Source: Chthoniobacteraceae bacterium (lineage in GTDB: Bacteria > Verrucomicrobiota > Verrucomicrobiia > Chthoniobacterales > Chthoniobacteraceae). From it: a stretch of 54,345 nucleotides of DNA. The stretch is from positions 1 through 54,345 of the forward strand of contig JANNWY010000279.1 of the NCBI GenBank assembly GCA_031409335.1, given 5' to 3'. Of this stretch, positions 21,961 through 32,443 are shown piece by piece. The position numbers were made by a program, and so were the translations under genes. Below the pieces are notes generated by a model. The model ran no database searches, had not been told where the DNA came from, and saw nothing but the letters and a program-made list of their open reading frames with translations. The number at the start of each line of letters is the position of its first letter. The first letter of the stretch is position 1.

Positions 21961-23058
21961 TTATTTGGAGGCGGAAAGGATGGCCGTGCCGGTGCTGTCG
22001 CAGACGCGGAGTTGGAATTCCCACTCGACCGTCCACTCTTCCTTTTGGCCGTCCTGGCAGCATTTCACGAGGATCACGTTCGCGCCTTTCTTGAGCCGGC
22101 ATTTGAGTTTGTATTGATCCATCTCCTGCCCGCGGTGGTATTCGTCGCGGCCAAAAAGGAGCTGGCCGTTGATCCAGACTTTCCACGCATTTTTGCCGCC
22201 GAGCCGCAGCTCGGCATCGCGCTCGACCGCGGAATCGAAGGTGGTCGTGGCGTATGCGGTTGCCTCCTTCAACATGCCGAAGGGCTTGTTGAAATCGACC
22301 TTGCCGTAGTCGTGCTTGCTCTCGAATGGCTGCCACGTCACCTGCCCGCTTTTGCCTTCGTACGTCGCCTCGAGTGCCACTTCTTTTTCCGGGGGAAAGG
22401 CGGTGTCGAATCCCTTTTTCTCGGCGTTCTCAAATGGACCGATAATGTGCCACTTCATGAGAAATCCGAAGTGGCTCGGGAGATCGACGGTGACGCCAAG
22501 CTGCTTGAGTTCCTTCGCGAGAAAGGCCGTCTGATCTTCATCGCGCACGGCGGCGAGCGCTTCGAGGTAGCCGGCTTTCATTTCGTCGCCGGATTTTTTG
22601 CGCGCGACGGTGATGAGCCGCTCGACTGCGCCGCGCCGGAGCGCCTGCACGGGATCTTGAATGAGGTGCGGCTCGATGGCATCGGCTTTCGCGGGATCGG
22701 CGCGTCGCATCAAATCGAACGCGAGCTGCCGTCCAGACGGCGAATGCGTGAGGTCGGTGAGGAATGTTTCCATCGCGGCGAGCGGCACCGGCTCGTTCGT
22801 CCGCCGCGCATTTTCGACGATCACATCGCCGGCAAGACGGAGCCAGTTGTCGGCGACTTCACTCCCTTTCCCCGACGCGGCGAGGAGCGCGGGAATGGCG
22901 GACGGCCCCGCCTTCACGATGTCCTGCCAGGCGGTGTTTGCGGCTTCATTGCCGCGACCTTCGCGCTCCACGGCGACGAGCGATTTCAGCGAATCCTCCA
23001 GCGCGGCGTGAAGCGGAGCCAGCGCTGCGAAAAGAACGAATGCGACGGGAAGTTTCAT
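21961..23058 (-). CDS. Secreted hypothetical protein (HEAT-like N-terminus, carbohydrate-binding-like C-terminal domain)
   Basis: Signal peptide; WHIIGPF, KVWING, LKKGANVILVK. Confidence 0.8.
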   Translation of the reverse strand: MKLPVAFVLFAALAPLHAALEDSLKSLVAVEREGRGNEAANTAWQDIVKAGPSAIPALLAASGKGSEVADNWLRLAGDVIVENARRTNEPVPLAAMETFLTDLTHSPSGRQLAFDLMRRADPAKADAIEPHLIQDPVQALRRGAVERLITVARKKSGDEMKAGYLEALAAVRDEDQTAFLAKELKQLGVTVDLPSHFGFLMKWHIIGPFENAEKKGFDTAFPPEKEVALEATYEGKSGQVTWQPFESKHDYGKVDFNKPFGMLKEATAYATTTFDSAVERDAELRLGGKNAWKVWINGQLLFGRDEYHRGQEMDQYKLKCRLKKGANVILVKCCQDGQKEEWTVEWEFQLRVCDSTGTAILSASK

Positions 23059-23108
23059 GGGCCGCGAGTGAAACGAATGCGCGGCGCGGGGTCACGCGCG
23101 TTCTGCGT

Positions 23109-26100
23109 TCAGCGCGTGGCGCGGACGCGGAGGAAACGCTGGCCGGGGACGAATGGCTCGTTGTCGCGATACGTGACGCGCTCGATCCCATCGCCAAGCG
23201 CGGTCGGCGAACCGACCGGAACACTCGCGGGAGCCCAATTGGAAAGATCGCCGGACGCCTCCGCCACGCAGAGCGTGTCGATCATGTTGTGGCGGCGGGT
23301 GAAGGTGATCGCGAGATAGTCCGTGCCCTCGATGGAAACGATCGACGCGACGGGCAGCGGTCGTTGTTCATCCACCAGCGGGTGGCCGCCGAAGACGTAT
23401 TCCTCGAAATTGTTGCGCCCGTCTTCCTCGGGATCGCCGATCGGTCCGCCATAGGTTGGAGACGCTTCGCCGAACGGGGTGAAATACGACTTGCTCCAGC
23501 CGGCATATGAATTTGCGAAAGCCGCTTCGCCGACTCCCGGCGTGCCATTCACGGAATCGGAGAGCGCCCATGTCGTCGGAATCTCGTAGCGATCCCACGC
23601 TGGGCTGTCGGTGCGCGCCACGAGCGAATAGCCTTCCACAGCAGCGAGCGTCGCGGAGCCAGGGGCAGATGGGACGCCGAACCAGAGCGGATCGTATTTG
23701 AATTGCAGGATCATTTCGCCCTTGGCGTCGATCAATTGGATGCTCTCGCCATCGTTGGCGAGGTTGCCTTCATACTGCCCGGCGACGATCGCGCCCGAGC
23801 CGGGGTGGCGCAGATTGTAGGCCGCGAGCAGCGAGACGACGACGCAGCGTTGTCCTGGCTGGAGGGTGAAATTTGCGGGAAAGATGAACGTCACGCCTTT
23901 GTCGATCACGACGCCGCCGAGGTTGAGCGGGGTGGCGCCGGTGTTGATGAATTCGATGAATTCAAAATCGCTCGCGGCGACTCCCTGAAGCGCAGCGGCT
24001 TCGGCTGGTGTTGGTTTGATGGGATTGAAATTCACCTCGGTGACGCGCAGAAAATTCTGCGCCGCAGTCGCGGCGGCCGCGTAGGTCGTCGTCGCCATCA
24101 CGACATCCTGCGCGAGCGTCGGGCCGGGTTTCACGAGATCGATGGTCTCTCCACGCGCGGAAAGCTGGCCGGAGTACGGGCCGGTGACGAGCCGGAATTC
24201 GTTGGCCTTGGGGCTCGTGGTGCGGAGGCGGAATTCATAGGGATGCCGCGTCACATGAAGCCGCCCGGCGTGGACGTCGCCAGTCGCATTGACTGCGCCA
24301 TTTCCGGTAAAAGGCGGGAGGACGGTGCCGCCGTGAAACGTGAAATTCACCGCGCCCTCGATTTTCCAGCCGGAGATATCGACGTAAATGCCGCTGTTGT
24401 TGCGGATGATGAAAAACTCCTGATCCTGTTTCCCGGAAGCGGGGTTGGCCTCGACATATTCGATGGTCAGGCCGGTCGGGGAAAGGGGCTGCGCGGCGGG
24501 AATGGGCTGGCTGTTCAATCGCTGATTGCCGTTGTACAGCAACTGCCGCCGCCCGGGCAGGAAGGCCTGCGTGGTATTGCCGAGACCCTCGGCGTTGCTG
24601 ATGGCGGCGGGATAGGGCGGGTTCGGATTGCTGCTGAGGATGCGCATCGCGGAGCGGCGGGGCCCGTGATCGTGGGTCGCGGCGTCGAAGGTGTTGTTCA
24701 TCGAGATCGCCGCGCCGTTGCCATCGGTCCAGTATCCCCATTTCTGAAAATCGAGATCGGCATCCGTCAGGTAGGTCGCGCCGGGAGGATCCATCAGATC
24801 GAGCAGTTGATTCATGCGCTGCTCAAACGGTCCGTTCGTGGCCGTCGCCGACACCAGCAATTCATCCATCAGCGTGCGCATCCGCCGCAGGAACATCTGC
24901 GCCATCTCGGGCGCGATCGTCGAGGTGTTGTTGCTGGAGATCAGGTTCATCACGCGATTTCCCTCCGAAGCGCCCATCACGAATCCGCGCTGGCTGTCGA
25001 TGTCGTCGTTGAAATAAGCCTGCGAAGCCGTCCAGGTGTGGCCGAGCGAAAGGTCCTGATCCCACGGCAGCAGCGACCATTCGCGGGTGCCGTTGGTGTC
25101 GCGGTAGATGTAGTAATTTTTGTGCCCGAAGTCGTTGTTGATCGTGATCACGTTGGTCGCGAGATAGTTCACCAGCGCGGGGACATCGAGATTGTCGTAT
25201 GCGTATCGGCGGCGGTTCGCGATCGGATTGGCGTTGTCCATCCCGGTGATGAGCGCCTGCAAATCGGCGGTGCTCAGGTCGCCATCCCGCGTTTTCTTTT
25301 CCACGCCGGCGGTGTCTTGGAGCGAGTTATACACCTTGTAAAGTGCGCCATAGGGATCGAGTCCGGCGCGTTCCAGGAAATCCTCGTCGCCATTTTCCAC
25401 CATGTCGTAAATGCCCCAGAACACCCCGTTTTGCTGCACGCGCGCGAGCTGCGCCCAGTGCGCGGCGATGTGCTTCGTCAGCGCCCACGACTCCCACGAC
25501 ATCGTGTCGCGGACGTGGCTCTTGTCGGCCCAGGTGGTGATCAAATTGATCGCGCGCTGGCGGCCCTCGCCATCCCTCCACTTGAAGCGATTGTCTTCGC
25601 TGAAATTGAAGTTGTGGCTCTTTTTCACGACCGAAAATCCCGCGCTCGACTGGCCGTGGAGATCGACAAAGACATTGTCGTAAAAATTGCCGAGAAAATA
25701 GAGCGAGCACCGCGTGCCCGCATCGGTTTGCGACGCGGCGGTATTCTGGACGAACCAATGGAGAATCGGGAGTTGCGAAGTGGCGATCCCATCCAGCGCG
25801 ACGGTTCCGAAATAGCGGTCATTGTCCGCGGTGTCGCGATACGGCGGGCTCGTGCTGGTCGCGTTCGCGTTGTCCTTTGCCTCGATGCGCCAGCGCAGCA
25901 TCTGCCCGCCCGTCATCGTCGTCGTCGGGATTTGCGCGGTGAAGATCGTGTCGCCGGCGATCGCATCCGGCGCCACGCCGTCATCTTTCATCACGACGCT
26001 TACTTCAGTGTTGAACATCACCGCGTATTTCAGTTGCACCGGACTCGTCACAGCCAGTGGCTTCAAGCTCGGCACGACTTTTGTGGTGATGACGATCGGC

Positions 26101-27299
26101 GCACTGCCCGCGCCGCCGGCGGGGCGAGTCGGCGAGTCGGTTGCCTGGCTGATGCTCGGTCCGAGAGCGGTGATGGCGGCGCTGTTGACGAGTCCCGGTG
26201 TGGCGCTGGCCAGGTAGGTCGGCGGGCCGATCCCAGTGACGACGTTTGCTTCCAGCAAGGGCAGGCACAGCGCCCGCGCGCCATTCAGGACGCCTGCGGA
26301 ATCCAATTCCGCGACGGAGCCGTTGCTGCTGTTCAGGATCTGGATGGCCAGCACGTTTGCGCCGGCGACGAGCCGCTGCTGCGCGTTCGTGGGGGCGAAT
26401 ACCGTGAACGTTCCCGTCAGCGCTCCCGCGCGATCCGATGACGCGATGGAATTCCACGCCGTGCCCAGCGCGCCGCTTTGCTGGATGAGCGTGCCGTTCA
26501 GGTAGCAGTTAAAGCCATCGTCGAATTTCATCGAGAGCTTCAACGAAGTGATCGCCGCCAGATTCGTGGCATTGAAGACGAAGCGCAGCAGCGCCGTGGA
26601 GTTCACGTTGTGCATGGCCGTCTGCAAATCTCCACCGGGGCCGATCAGCGCCGCGATGTCGCCCGTCGTGTCGTAGCCAAATCCTGCCTGGCCGGACTGC
26701 CACGCACTGTCATCGAAAGCCGCGCTGAGATTCCAGCCAGCGGCCATATCCGCGGCGGAGAGCGGCACGAGTGCCTTCCCGGCCGCATCTGCCGCCACGA
26801 GCGTTTGCAAAGCCGTCTGCACCACGATCCCATACGCGATGTCCTGCACTTGCTGCGGGTAGCCAGCGTATGCGTGCTCGATGGTGAGGCCGTCCGCGCG
26901 GACCAGCGCCAGGTAGCTGCCCGCGTTCTTCGCGAGCTTGAAGTTCGTGTGCAGCTTGGTGGCGTCGAGCCGCCGGTTTTTGTCGGTGGCAAAAATCACG
27001 ATGCGCGCATTCGCCGCGAGATTCACCGCGGGCGTCGTCGGCGGGAACTGCCACTTGCGCAAGTCACCCGTTTCATCGGTGAGATACCAGCCATTCAGGT
27101 TCACCGCGCTCGTGCCGGAATTCCAAAGCTCAAGCCAGTCGGAGTGATCGCCATCTTCATCGACTCTCGCGTTGACCTGATTATCGGCGAGAAACTCGGA
27201 GATATACACCTGCGCCGAGGCAGGCTCGAGCGCGGCCAGCGCGAGGAATGCCGCAAGCAAAGGTAACAGCGGACGGAATAGAAACGCTTTCACGGGCAA
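23109..27299 (-). CDS. Secreted lamin-tail-domain / CotH kinase-family multidomain protein
   Basis: ISEFLADN, DWLELWN, LNGWYLTD (LTD); MKDDG..D..AGD repeat; CotH-like N.D...KNYY and LPWDQDLSLG; further LTDs (FEFIEF.N). Start codon uncertain. Confidence 0.88.
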   Translation of the reverse strand: MPVKAFLFRPLLPLLAAFLALAALEPASAQVYISEFLADNQVNARVDEDGDHSDWLELWNSGTSAVNLNGWYLTDETGDLRKWQFPPTTPAVNLAANARIVIFATDKNRRLDATKLHTNFKLAKNAGSYLALVRADGLTIEHAYAGYPQQVQDIAYGIVVQTALQTLVAADAAGKALVPLSAADMAAGWNLSAAFDDSAWQSGQAGFGYDTTGDIAALIGPGGDLQTAMHNVNSTALLRFVFNATNLAAITSLKLSMKFDDGFNCYLNGTLIQQSGALGTAWNSIASSDRAGALTGTFTVFAPTNAQQRLVAGANVLAIQILNSSNGSVAELDSAGVLNGARALCLPLLEANVVTGIGPPTYLASATPGLVNSAAITALGPSISQATDSPTRPAGGAGSAPIVITTKVVPSLKPLAVTSPVQLKYAVMFNTEVSVVMKDDGVAPDAIAGDTIFTAQIPTTTMTGGQMLRWRIEAKDNANATSTSPPYRDTADNDRYFGTVALDGIATSQLPILHWFVQNTAASQTDAGTRCSLYFLGNFYDNVFVDLHGQSSAGFSVVKKSHNFNFSEDNRFKWRDGEGRQRAINLITTWADKSHVRDTMSWESWALTKHIAAHWAQLARVQQNGVFWGIYDMVENGDEDFLERAGLDPYGALYKVYNSLQDTAGVEKKTRDGDLSTADLQALITGMDNANPIANRRRYAYDNLDVPALVNYLATNVITINNDFGHKNYYIYRDTNGTREWSLLPWDQDLSLGHTWTASQAYFNDDIDSQRGFVMGASEGNRVMNLISSNNTSTIAPEMAQMFLRRMRTLMDELLVSATATNGPFEQRMNQLLDLMDPPGATYLTDADLDFQKWGYWTDGNGAAISMNNTFDAATHDHGPRRSAMRILSSNPNPPYPAAISNAEGLGNTTQAFLPGRRQLLYNGNQRLNSQPIPAAQPLSPTGLTIEYVEANPASGKQDQEFFIIRNNSGIYVDISGWKIEGAVNFTFHGGTVLPPFTGNGAVNATGDVHAGRLHVTRHPYEFRLRTTSPKANEFRLVTGPYSGQLSARGETIDLVKPGPTLAQDVVMATTTYAAAATAAQNFLRVTEVNFNPIKPTPAEAAALQGVAASDFEFIEFINTGATPLNLGGVVIDKGVTFIFPANFTLQPGQRCVVVSLLAAYNLRHPGSGAIVAGQYEGNLANDGESIQLIDAKGEMILQFKYDPLWFGVPSAPGSATLAAVEGYSLVARTDSPAWDRYEIPTTWALSDSVNGTPGVGEAAFANSYAGWSKSYFTPFGEASPTYGGPIGDPEEDGRNNFEEYVFGGHPLVDEQRPLPVASIVSIEGTDYLAITFTRRHNMIDTLCVAEASGDLSNWAPASVPVGSPTALGDGIERVTYRDNEPFVPGQRFLRVRATR

Positions 27300-27421
27300 T
27301 CAGTCGCATGATTTACCCTCCCGTTCAATCCTGCTCAAAGGTGACGTCTGCGTGACATTGCATTTCTGTCAGTTTTCTTCGTGAGGATTTCATGAGAACA
27401 TCATGAGCCGCCTTCAAACCC

Positions 27422-30370
27422 ATGCTTAGCCTCCCCAAACTCCTCGCCATCGTCGCCTCGTTCACCGCGGTTCCGGCGTTCGCCGCGATCACGTTCACCA
27501 ACATTGCCGACAAGCAGAAATATCAGGACACCCGGACTTTCACCGTCGTGGCTGATCCGCTGGCGGTGACCACGACCGCGGCTATCGACGGCATCGCGAT
27601 TGCCGTCGGCTCGTCGGTGACGATCACCGACGTGCGCTACCACGAACTGCGCGCTGAGAGCCGCGACGCGGGCGGCGCGCTCGTCGATTCGAAACTGGTT
27701 CGTTTTATCATTCATGCCGGTGTCCGCGAGGGCAGCGAGGATGGCATCCCGCCGCACACGCCGTTCAAATCCGTGCCCGACGCGCCGTCGGCGTTTGTGG
27801 GGAAAACGCTGAACGTTTCCGCGCCCGCGGCCTGGCCCGTGGGGATGCCCGTGCCGGCGGCGGTGATGCTGCGCGATGGCGCGGATGAAAATGTGCGGCT
27901 CAATGGCATCGTGAATTTCGGCGGCTTTCCGCTGGCGACCGCGACGATGCGGCGCGGCTGGGGCTCGGTGCAAATCCCCGCCGCCACTGCCGCGGGCACG
28001 ACCGATTTTGCGGCGAGCGTGAATTCGCTGACGACCAGCCGCGCGATCACTTTCGAGGCCGCGCCCGTTTTCACCACCGTGAGCGGCGCGCTCGCCTCGA
28101 ATACCAACTGGCCCGCAAACTCACGCATCCATGTCACCGGCACGCTCACGGTGAACGCGGGCGTCACGCTGACGATCGGCGCCGGGACGATCGTGAAGAT
28201 TTACACGGGCACCGCGACGAACGGCTCGGCGGCGGAGATCCGCGTGGACGGCGCGCTGCAAGTCAACGGCACCGAGGCGAACCCGATCGTCTTTTGCCCC
28301 GACACACCGGGGCAGCGCTGGGGCGGCATCGAGTTGCGCACCGCGACTTCGCTCGTGAATGCGCAGCACGCTTTTTTCACCGGCTCGGGCGAGGATGAAA
28401 ACTGGACCGGGAACAACTCCGGCGTCGCCGGCTCGTCGCACCAGGCCGAGCAGATGCTTTTCCTCGTCGTCGGCAGCGGCAGCGGCACGGCGTTCGGCGC
28501 GCAGCTTCAACTCACGAACTGCTTCTGCATCGACAACCAGCAGATCATGAACTCGAAGACGAACACGCGGATCGACCTCTCGCGCACGCTCTACCAACGC
28601 GCGATCACGAGCGGCGAACTGAATGGCTGCTTGCTCACGATCGACCGTTGCGCGCTGATCGAATTCCCGAGCGAGACGGGAAATTTCGTCAACGACGACA
28701 ACGACGGGCTTTACCTCACCAACGGCGACCTTTCGATCACGAACACCGTCATCGGCTTTACCAAGGACGACGGCGTGGACAGCGGCGGCAGCGGCGGCGA
28801 CAACCCATACACGGCGGCGACGGACATCACGCCTTACCTTTCGCAAAACAACTGGTATGAAGGCATCACGCACGAGGGCAATTCGCTCTCTGGCACGCGC
28901 GAGGTGAACTTCATCGGCTGCGTCTTCCTGAACTGCGGGCAGGGCGTCGAAGCGGGATATAGCGAAGGCACCCTGAACGGTCCGAACGCGACCACCGACG
29001 GCTGCCTTTTCGTGAGTAACATGGTCGGCGTGCGCTGGGGCGACAACTATGGCAGCGGCTATAGCTACAATCAGACGCATGAGGTTAGGAATTCCATCGT
29101 GCTAAATAGTCTCTACAAGGACTGCCTCAGCGGCCAGTGGCACCCATCGCAGACGAATGCGTGGATCTACCAGACCACCGCGCTGAATACCTTTGGACGC
29201 CAGTATTTTAACGTCCACAACAACTACCTCTCGCAGCCCGACCCCGCGCATCATCCGAACAACCTCGCGTGGAATCCCGCCGCGAACGGCGCGCTCCTTG
29301 CACCCTTCATGCCCGTGCCCGGCTCGAATGTCGGCGTCGCCATCAGCAGCTACGCGCCCGCCCAGAGCGACACGTCCGCGTATCCCGGCACCTTTACCGT
29401 GCGACTAAGCACCTTTAGTTCGCAGGCAGTAAGTGTGGGTTATTCCGTCATTGGCAAAGCGGATGCGTTTGGGAGCGGTGAAACCGTGCTCGCCACTGGC
29501 ACGCTGAATTTCGCCGCGGGCGAAACGCTCAAGACGATCACCGCGGCGGTCGCGTCGCCGGGGAACTATGGCCTCCTCCGCGTCGCGCTGACGAATCCCG
29601 TGAACGCCGAAGTCACCGGCGAAGCGTGGTATTTCAAAACGCCAGTCACGACTCCGCTCATCTCCCTGGCCAGCACCGGCTGGCGCTATCGCGAGACGCG
29701 CAGCGAGCCACCCGCCGCCTGGAAAACGCTCGCCTTCGACGACAGCAGCGCCGCCACCGAATGGCTCGCCTGCACGCTGCCCGCGGGCTTCGGAGTGACC
29801 GGCGTCACCTTTGGCACCACCGCCACACGCGGGCCGGACAACGACATCACCCGCGCGTTTTACTTCCGTAAAAAATTCACCGTCACCAACCCCGCGACAG
29901 TGCCCGGCCTCACCTTCCGCATCCGCCGCGACGACGCCGCCGCCGTCTGGCTGAACAACGACGCGACTCCGACCGTGCTTTCCGCCGATGGCTCCTTCGT
30001 CGCGCCCTACACTTATGCCATGACCGGGACCGCGACATTGGTGCCGAATTCCACCAACACCGGAAACTATCTGACCTACACAATCCCCGCCTCGAAGCTA
30101 GTCGCCGGGGTCAACATCCTCGCGATCGAAGTCCACCAGACCTCGCTCAATTCCGGCGACCTGATCCTCGATTGCGAACTCATCCCCGACCCATCGCTCG
30201 AACTGCGTCTGACCCATGCCGGTGGCCAGCCCGTGCTTTACTGGTTTGATGCCACCGCGCTGCTCGAAGAATCCGTCGATCTCGGTGCATGGCTACCCGC
30301 GCCGGGTGCTGCAAGCCCACTGCCATTTTCCACTGACCTGCCGAAACAGTTCTTCCGGTTGAGAAAATAG
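27422..30370 (+). CDS. Large secreted protein (beta-helix/pectin lyase-like, Calx-beta-like and jelly-roll domains)
   Basis: Signal peptide; GVTLTIGAGT, NGTEANPIVF, DDGVD, GTLNFAAGETLKTI, YFRKKF..RRDDAAAVWLN. Confidence 0.8.
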   Translation: MLSLPKLLAIVASFTAVPAFAAITFTNIADKQKYQDTRTFTVVADPLAVTTTAAIDGIAIAVGSSVTITDVRYHELRAESRDAGGALVDSKLVRFIIHAGVREGSEDGIPPHTPFKSVPDAPSAFVGKTLNVSAPAAWPVGMPVPAAVMLRDGADENVRLNGIVNFGGFPLATATMRRGWGSVQIPAATAAGTTDFAASVNSLTTSRAITFEAAPVFTTVSGALASNTNWPANSRIHVTGTLTVNAGVTLTIGAGTIVKIYTGTATNGSAAEIRVDGALQVNGTEANPIVFCPDTPGQRWGGIELRTATSLVNAQHAFFTGSGEDENWTGNNSGVAGSSHQAEQMLFLVVGSGSGTAFGAQLQLTNCFCIDNQQIMNSKTNTRIDLSRTLYQRAITSGELNGCLLTIDRCALIEFPSETGNFVNDDNDGLYLTNGDLSITNTVIGFTKDDGVDSGGSGGDNPYTAATDITPYLSQNNWYEGITHEGNSLSGTREVNFIGCVFLNCGQGVEAGYSEGTLNGPNATTDGCLFVSNMVGVRWGDNYGSGYSYNQTHEVRNSIVLNSLYKDCLSGQWHPSQTNAWIYQTTALNTFGRQYFNVHNNYLSQPDPAHHPNNLAWNPAANGALLAPFMPVPGSNVGVAISSYAPAQSDTSAYPGTFTVRLSTFSSQAVSVGYSVIGKADAFGSGETVLATGTLNFAAGETLKTITAAVASPGNYGLLRVALTNPVNAEVTGEAWYFKTPVTTPLISLASTGWRYRETRSEPPAAWKTLAFDDSSAATEWLACTLPAGFGVTGVTFGTTATRGPDNDITRAFYFRKKFTVTNPATVPGLTFRIRRDDAAAVWLNNDATPTVLSADGSFVAPYTYAMTGTATLVPNSTNTGNYLTYTIPASKLVAGVNILAIEVHQTSLNSGDLILDCELIPDPSLELRLTHAGGQPVLYWFDATALLEESVDLGAWLPAPGAASPLPFSTDLPKQFFRLRK

Positions 30371-30383
30371 CTTCCGCCGCCGG

Positions 30384-30935
30384 CTAAAACTTTGGCGGCG
30401 GCGGCCCCACCGGCGATCCACCCGGCTTATCCGCCGCAATTTTCGCCAGCCGCTTCTCGATTTTGTCCGCATCCCGCGACTCGATCACGAGCACGAGATT
30501 CGCCTTCAAGGTAGCCATCGCATGATCGGCGCGTTCCCAAACCCGCCCTTCAAACAGCGTCGCCAGCGCATTCAGTTCCTTGCTCCCCGTTTTAGGCTTC
30601 TGCTCCCGCCAGCTAAACGTCGCCTTCTCCGCATCGAGAATCGTCTTTGCCTCCGCGTCCGAGATGGGCTTCGGCCCACCCTCCGGCACATGCACATATT
30701 CGATGCGTACTGTCACGTTATTCACCAGCGCGACGCGCACCCGCCAGCTTTGAAAAAAATAGATGACTTCCTTCGCGCCGCCCATCAGCGGCTTGTCCGT
30801 CGGCGCAGCATATTGCGGTGTGGGTTCGCCATAGCGCGCCTGGGATTGCGCCTCGCTCTCCCCAAGACGCGCCTCGGCAGGCACGGCTAACACGGCAGCG
30901 GCAAAGACGAAGGCAAATAGGGTTCGGGCAGTCAT
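30384..30935 (-). CDS. Secreted hypothetical protein
   Basis: Signal peptide ending AEA, then RLGESEAQ..ARYG. The longer ORF-track version overlaps the tRNA, so it was trimmed. Confidence 0.75.
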   Translation of the reverse strand: MTARTLFAFVFAAAVLAVPAEARLGESEAQSQARYGEPTPQYAAPTDKPLMGGAKEVIYFFQSWRVRVALVNNVTVRIEYVHVPEGGPKPISDAEAKTILDAEKATFSWREQKPKTGSKELNALATLFEGRVWERADHAMATLKANLVLVIESRDADKIEKRLAKIAADKPGGSPVGPPPPKF

Positions 30936-31064
30936 AGGTTTGGTGAAAAAGGGTTGCGACACCCGCAAAGACGCCGCATGGCGGAGATTCGTTACAGCGC
31001 GACGAGATACAATCCAAGATTGACCCATACCTTCACGCCGCGAATCCAAACTTCCCTGGAAAAG

Positions 31065-31141
31065 CGGGCTGTGGCTCAGATTGGCAGAGCGCTTAGTTCG
31101 GGACGAGGAGGCCGCGGGTTCGAATCCCGCCAGCCCGACCA
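31065..31141 (+). tRNA. tRNA-Pro (anticodon CGG)
   Basis: Acceptor CGGGCTG/CAGCCCG + ACCA; D stem GCTC/GAGC; anticodon loop TTCGGGA; T arm GCGGG-TTCGAAT-CCCGC; 77 nt. Confidence 0.93.
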
Positions 31142-31154
31142 TTTGATAGCGAGC

Positions 31155-32435
31155 TTACCTCGCGCTTTCTGGCTTGATCTCGTTCAGCAGGAATTTGCGG
31201 CGATCCTCGATATAGGCTTTCACCCCCGCAATCCCGGCGTGGAAATCATTCCCCGTACGGTTCGGCCAGCGCTCGCGGTCCAGCGCCACATCCGCGCTGA
31301 GTTCCGATTCCCAACGGTCGAGGATGGGAAAGAGCTTCTCCTTCGTGAATTCCTTTTGCATCAGAACTTCGAGTCGTTTCAGCAGCCGCTTGCGCAAGGT
31401 CGGCTCGTTGTAAAATGCGTCGAACGGCTTGTTCCAGCCGATGGTGTTTGGCAGGGCTGCCGTGCCGAGCCGCAGCGGCAGGTCTGCCGAATCGAACGGC
31501 CCACGCCAATGATCGCCCAGGGTGCGGTCGAGGTCCCACGGCGCGACCAGCCACTTCTTCGATCCGGCGGCGTCGTGAATCATGATGTGGTTCTTGCTAA
31601 ACCAGTCCCAGTTTTGCACGAGCGCGCTGGCTGCGAGAAAACTGACGTAGCGATCCATGTCCACGTGCGTGGCGAAGAATTCAGCCACGTCCGTGGTCGT
31701 GGCCAGGTCGTGGCAGAAGCTTTGAAGATCGCGGTAGTCCTCGCTCTTGTGCGTCTGTTTTTCGTAGTGCGGACGAAAGGCCGATTCTTCGCCGAGATCG
31801 CGCTGATCGGACAGCAAGCGGTGGGAGTTTGCTTTGTAAATCACCGCACCCTTCAAGCCTGCCCGCTTCAGAAACGGCTTGTCTGGCTGCTCAACTTCCA
31901 GAAACACCCCGTGGAATTCGCCGTTCACGTTCAGCTTCACCATCCGTGTCTTCGGTGTGGGGACGCCGCACGCGGCATAAATGTGATACGCGAGCTGCTC
32001 GCGAACGAAGGCCGGATCGCGCCAGTTCGAGTTGAGGTTGAGGACGCGCTGTCCCTCGAAGTCCCTTCCCTTCTCGAAAAAAATCTTCAGCGCCTTTTTC
32101 GGCCACGTGCGCGCCCAGTCGCCGCGGTAGCGCACGCCCACCGAATACTCCTCGCCGCCGGTGGCGAACTTTGAGGGATGCCGTTCATCCGAGCGCGGCG
32201 CGCGCTCGAGTGCGGCCCATTCCTCCGGCGCGATTTCCAATTCATAGACCGGCATCCGTTCCGGCGCTGCCAGCGCGCTTGGCGGGGATGCACCGTGAAA
32301 AGCAATGGCAAAACCCAGTGCGATCATTCTGCCCATCGGGGAGTGGAAGTGCGTTTTCACAAGGGTAGTTAGACTCCGACACGCTGAGTTGCCCAGCGTT
32401 TTTCGGCGAAGGCAGCGTCGGCAGGGCGATCGCAA
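31155..32435 (-). CDS. CotH kinase-family protein (start uncertain)
   Basis: VGVRYRG, KK.LKI.F, DPAFVRE.LAY, LNVNGEF.GVF..VEQ, NWD...KNH, PWDLD. Confidence 0.88.
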   Translation of the reverse strand: MRSPCRRCLRRKTLGNSACRSLTTLVKTHFHSPMGRMIALGFAIAFHGASPPSALAAPERMPVYELEIAPEEWAALERAPRSDERHPSKFATGGEEYSVGVRYRGDWARTWPKKALKIFFEKGRDFEGQRVLNLNSNWRDPAFVREQLAYHIYAACGVPTPKTRMVKLNVNGEFHGVFLEVEQPDKPFLKRAGLKGAVIYKANSHRLLSDQRDLGEESAFRPHYEKQTHKSEDYRDLQSFCHDLATTTDVAEFFATHVDMDRYVSFLAASALVQNWDWFSKNHIMIHDAAGSKKWLVAPWDLDRTLGDHWRGPFDSADLPLRLGTAALPNTIGWNKPFDAFYNEPTLRKRLLKRLEVLMQKEFTKEKLFPILDRWESELSADVALDRERWPNRTGNDFHAGIAGVKAYIEDRRKFLLNEIKPESAR

Positions 32436-32443
32436 CTTTGCGG

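Noticed and set aside
21721..23319. Long plus-strand ORF of 532 aa (likewise 23703..26441, 18698..20623 and 15237..16601)
   Set aside because: Antisense shadows of well-supported genes in high-GC DNA, with no recognisable motifs.
30936..31142. N-terminal extension of ORF 30384..31142
   Set aside because: It is the antisense of the tRNA; the signal peptide begins at 30935.
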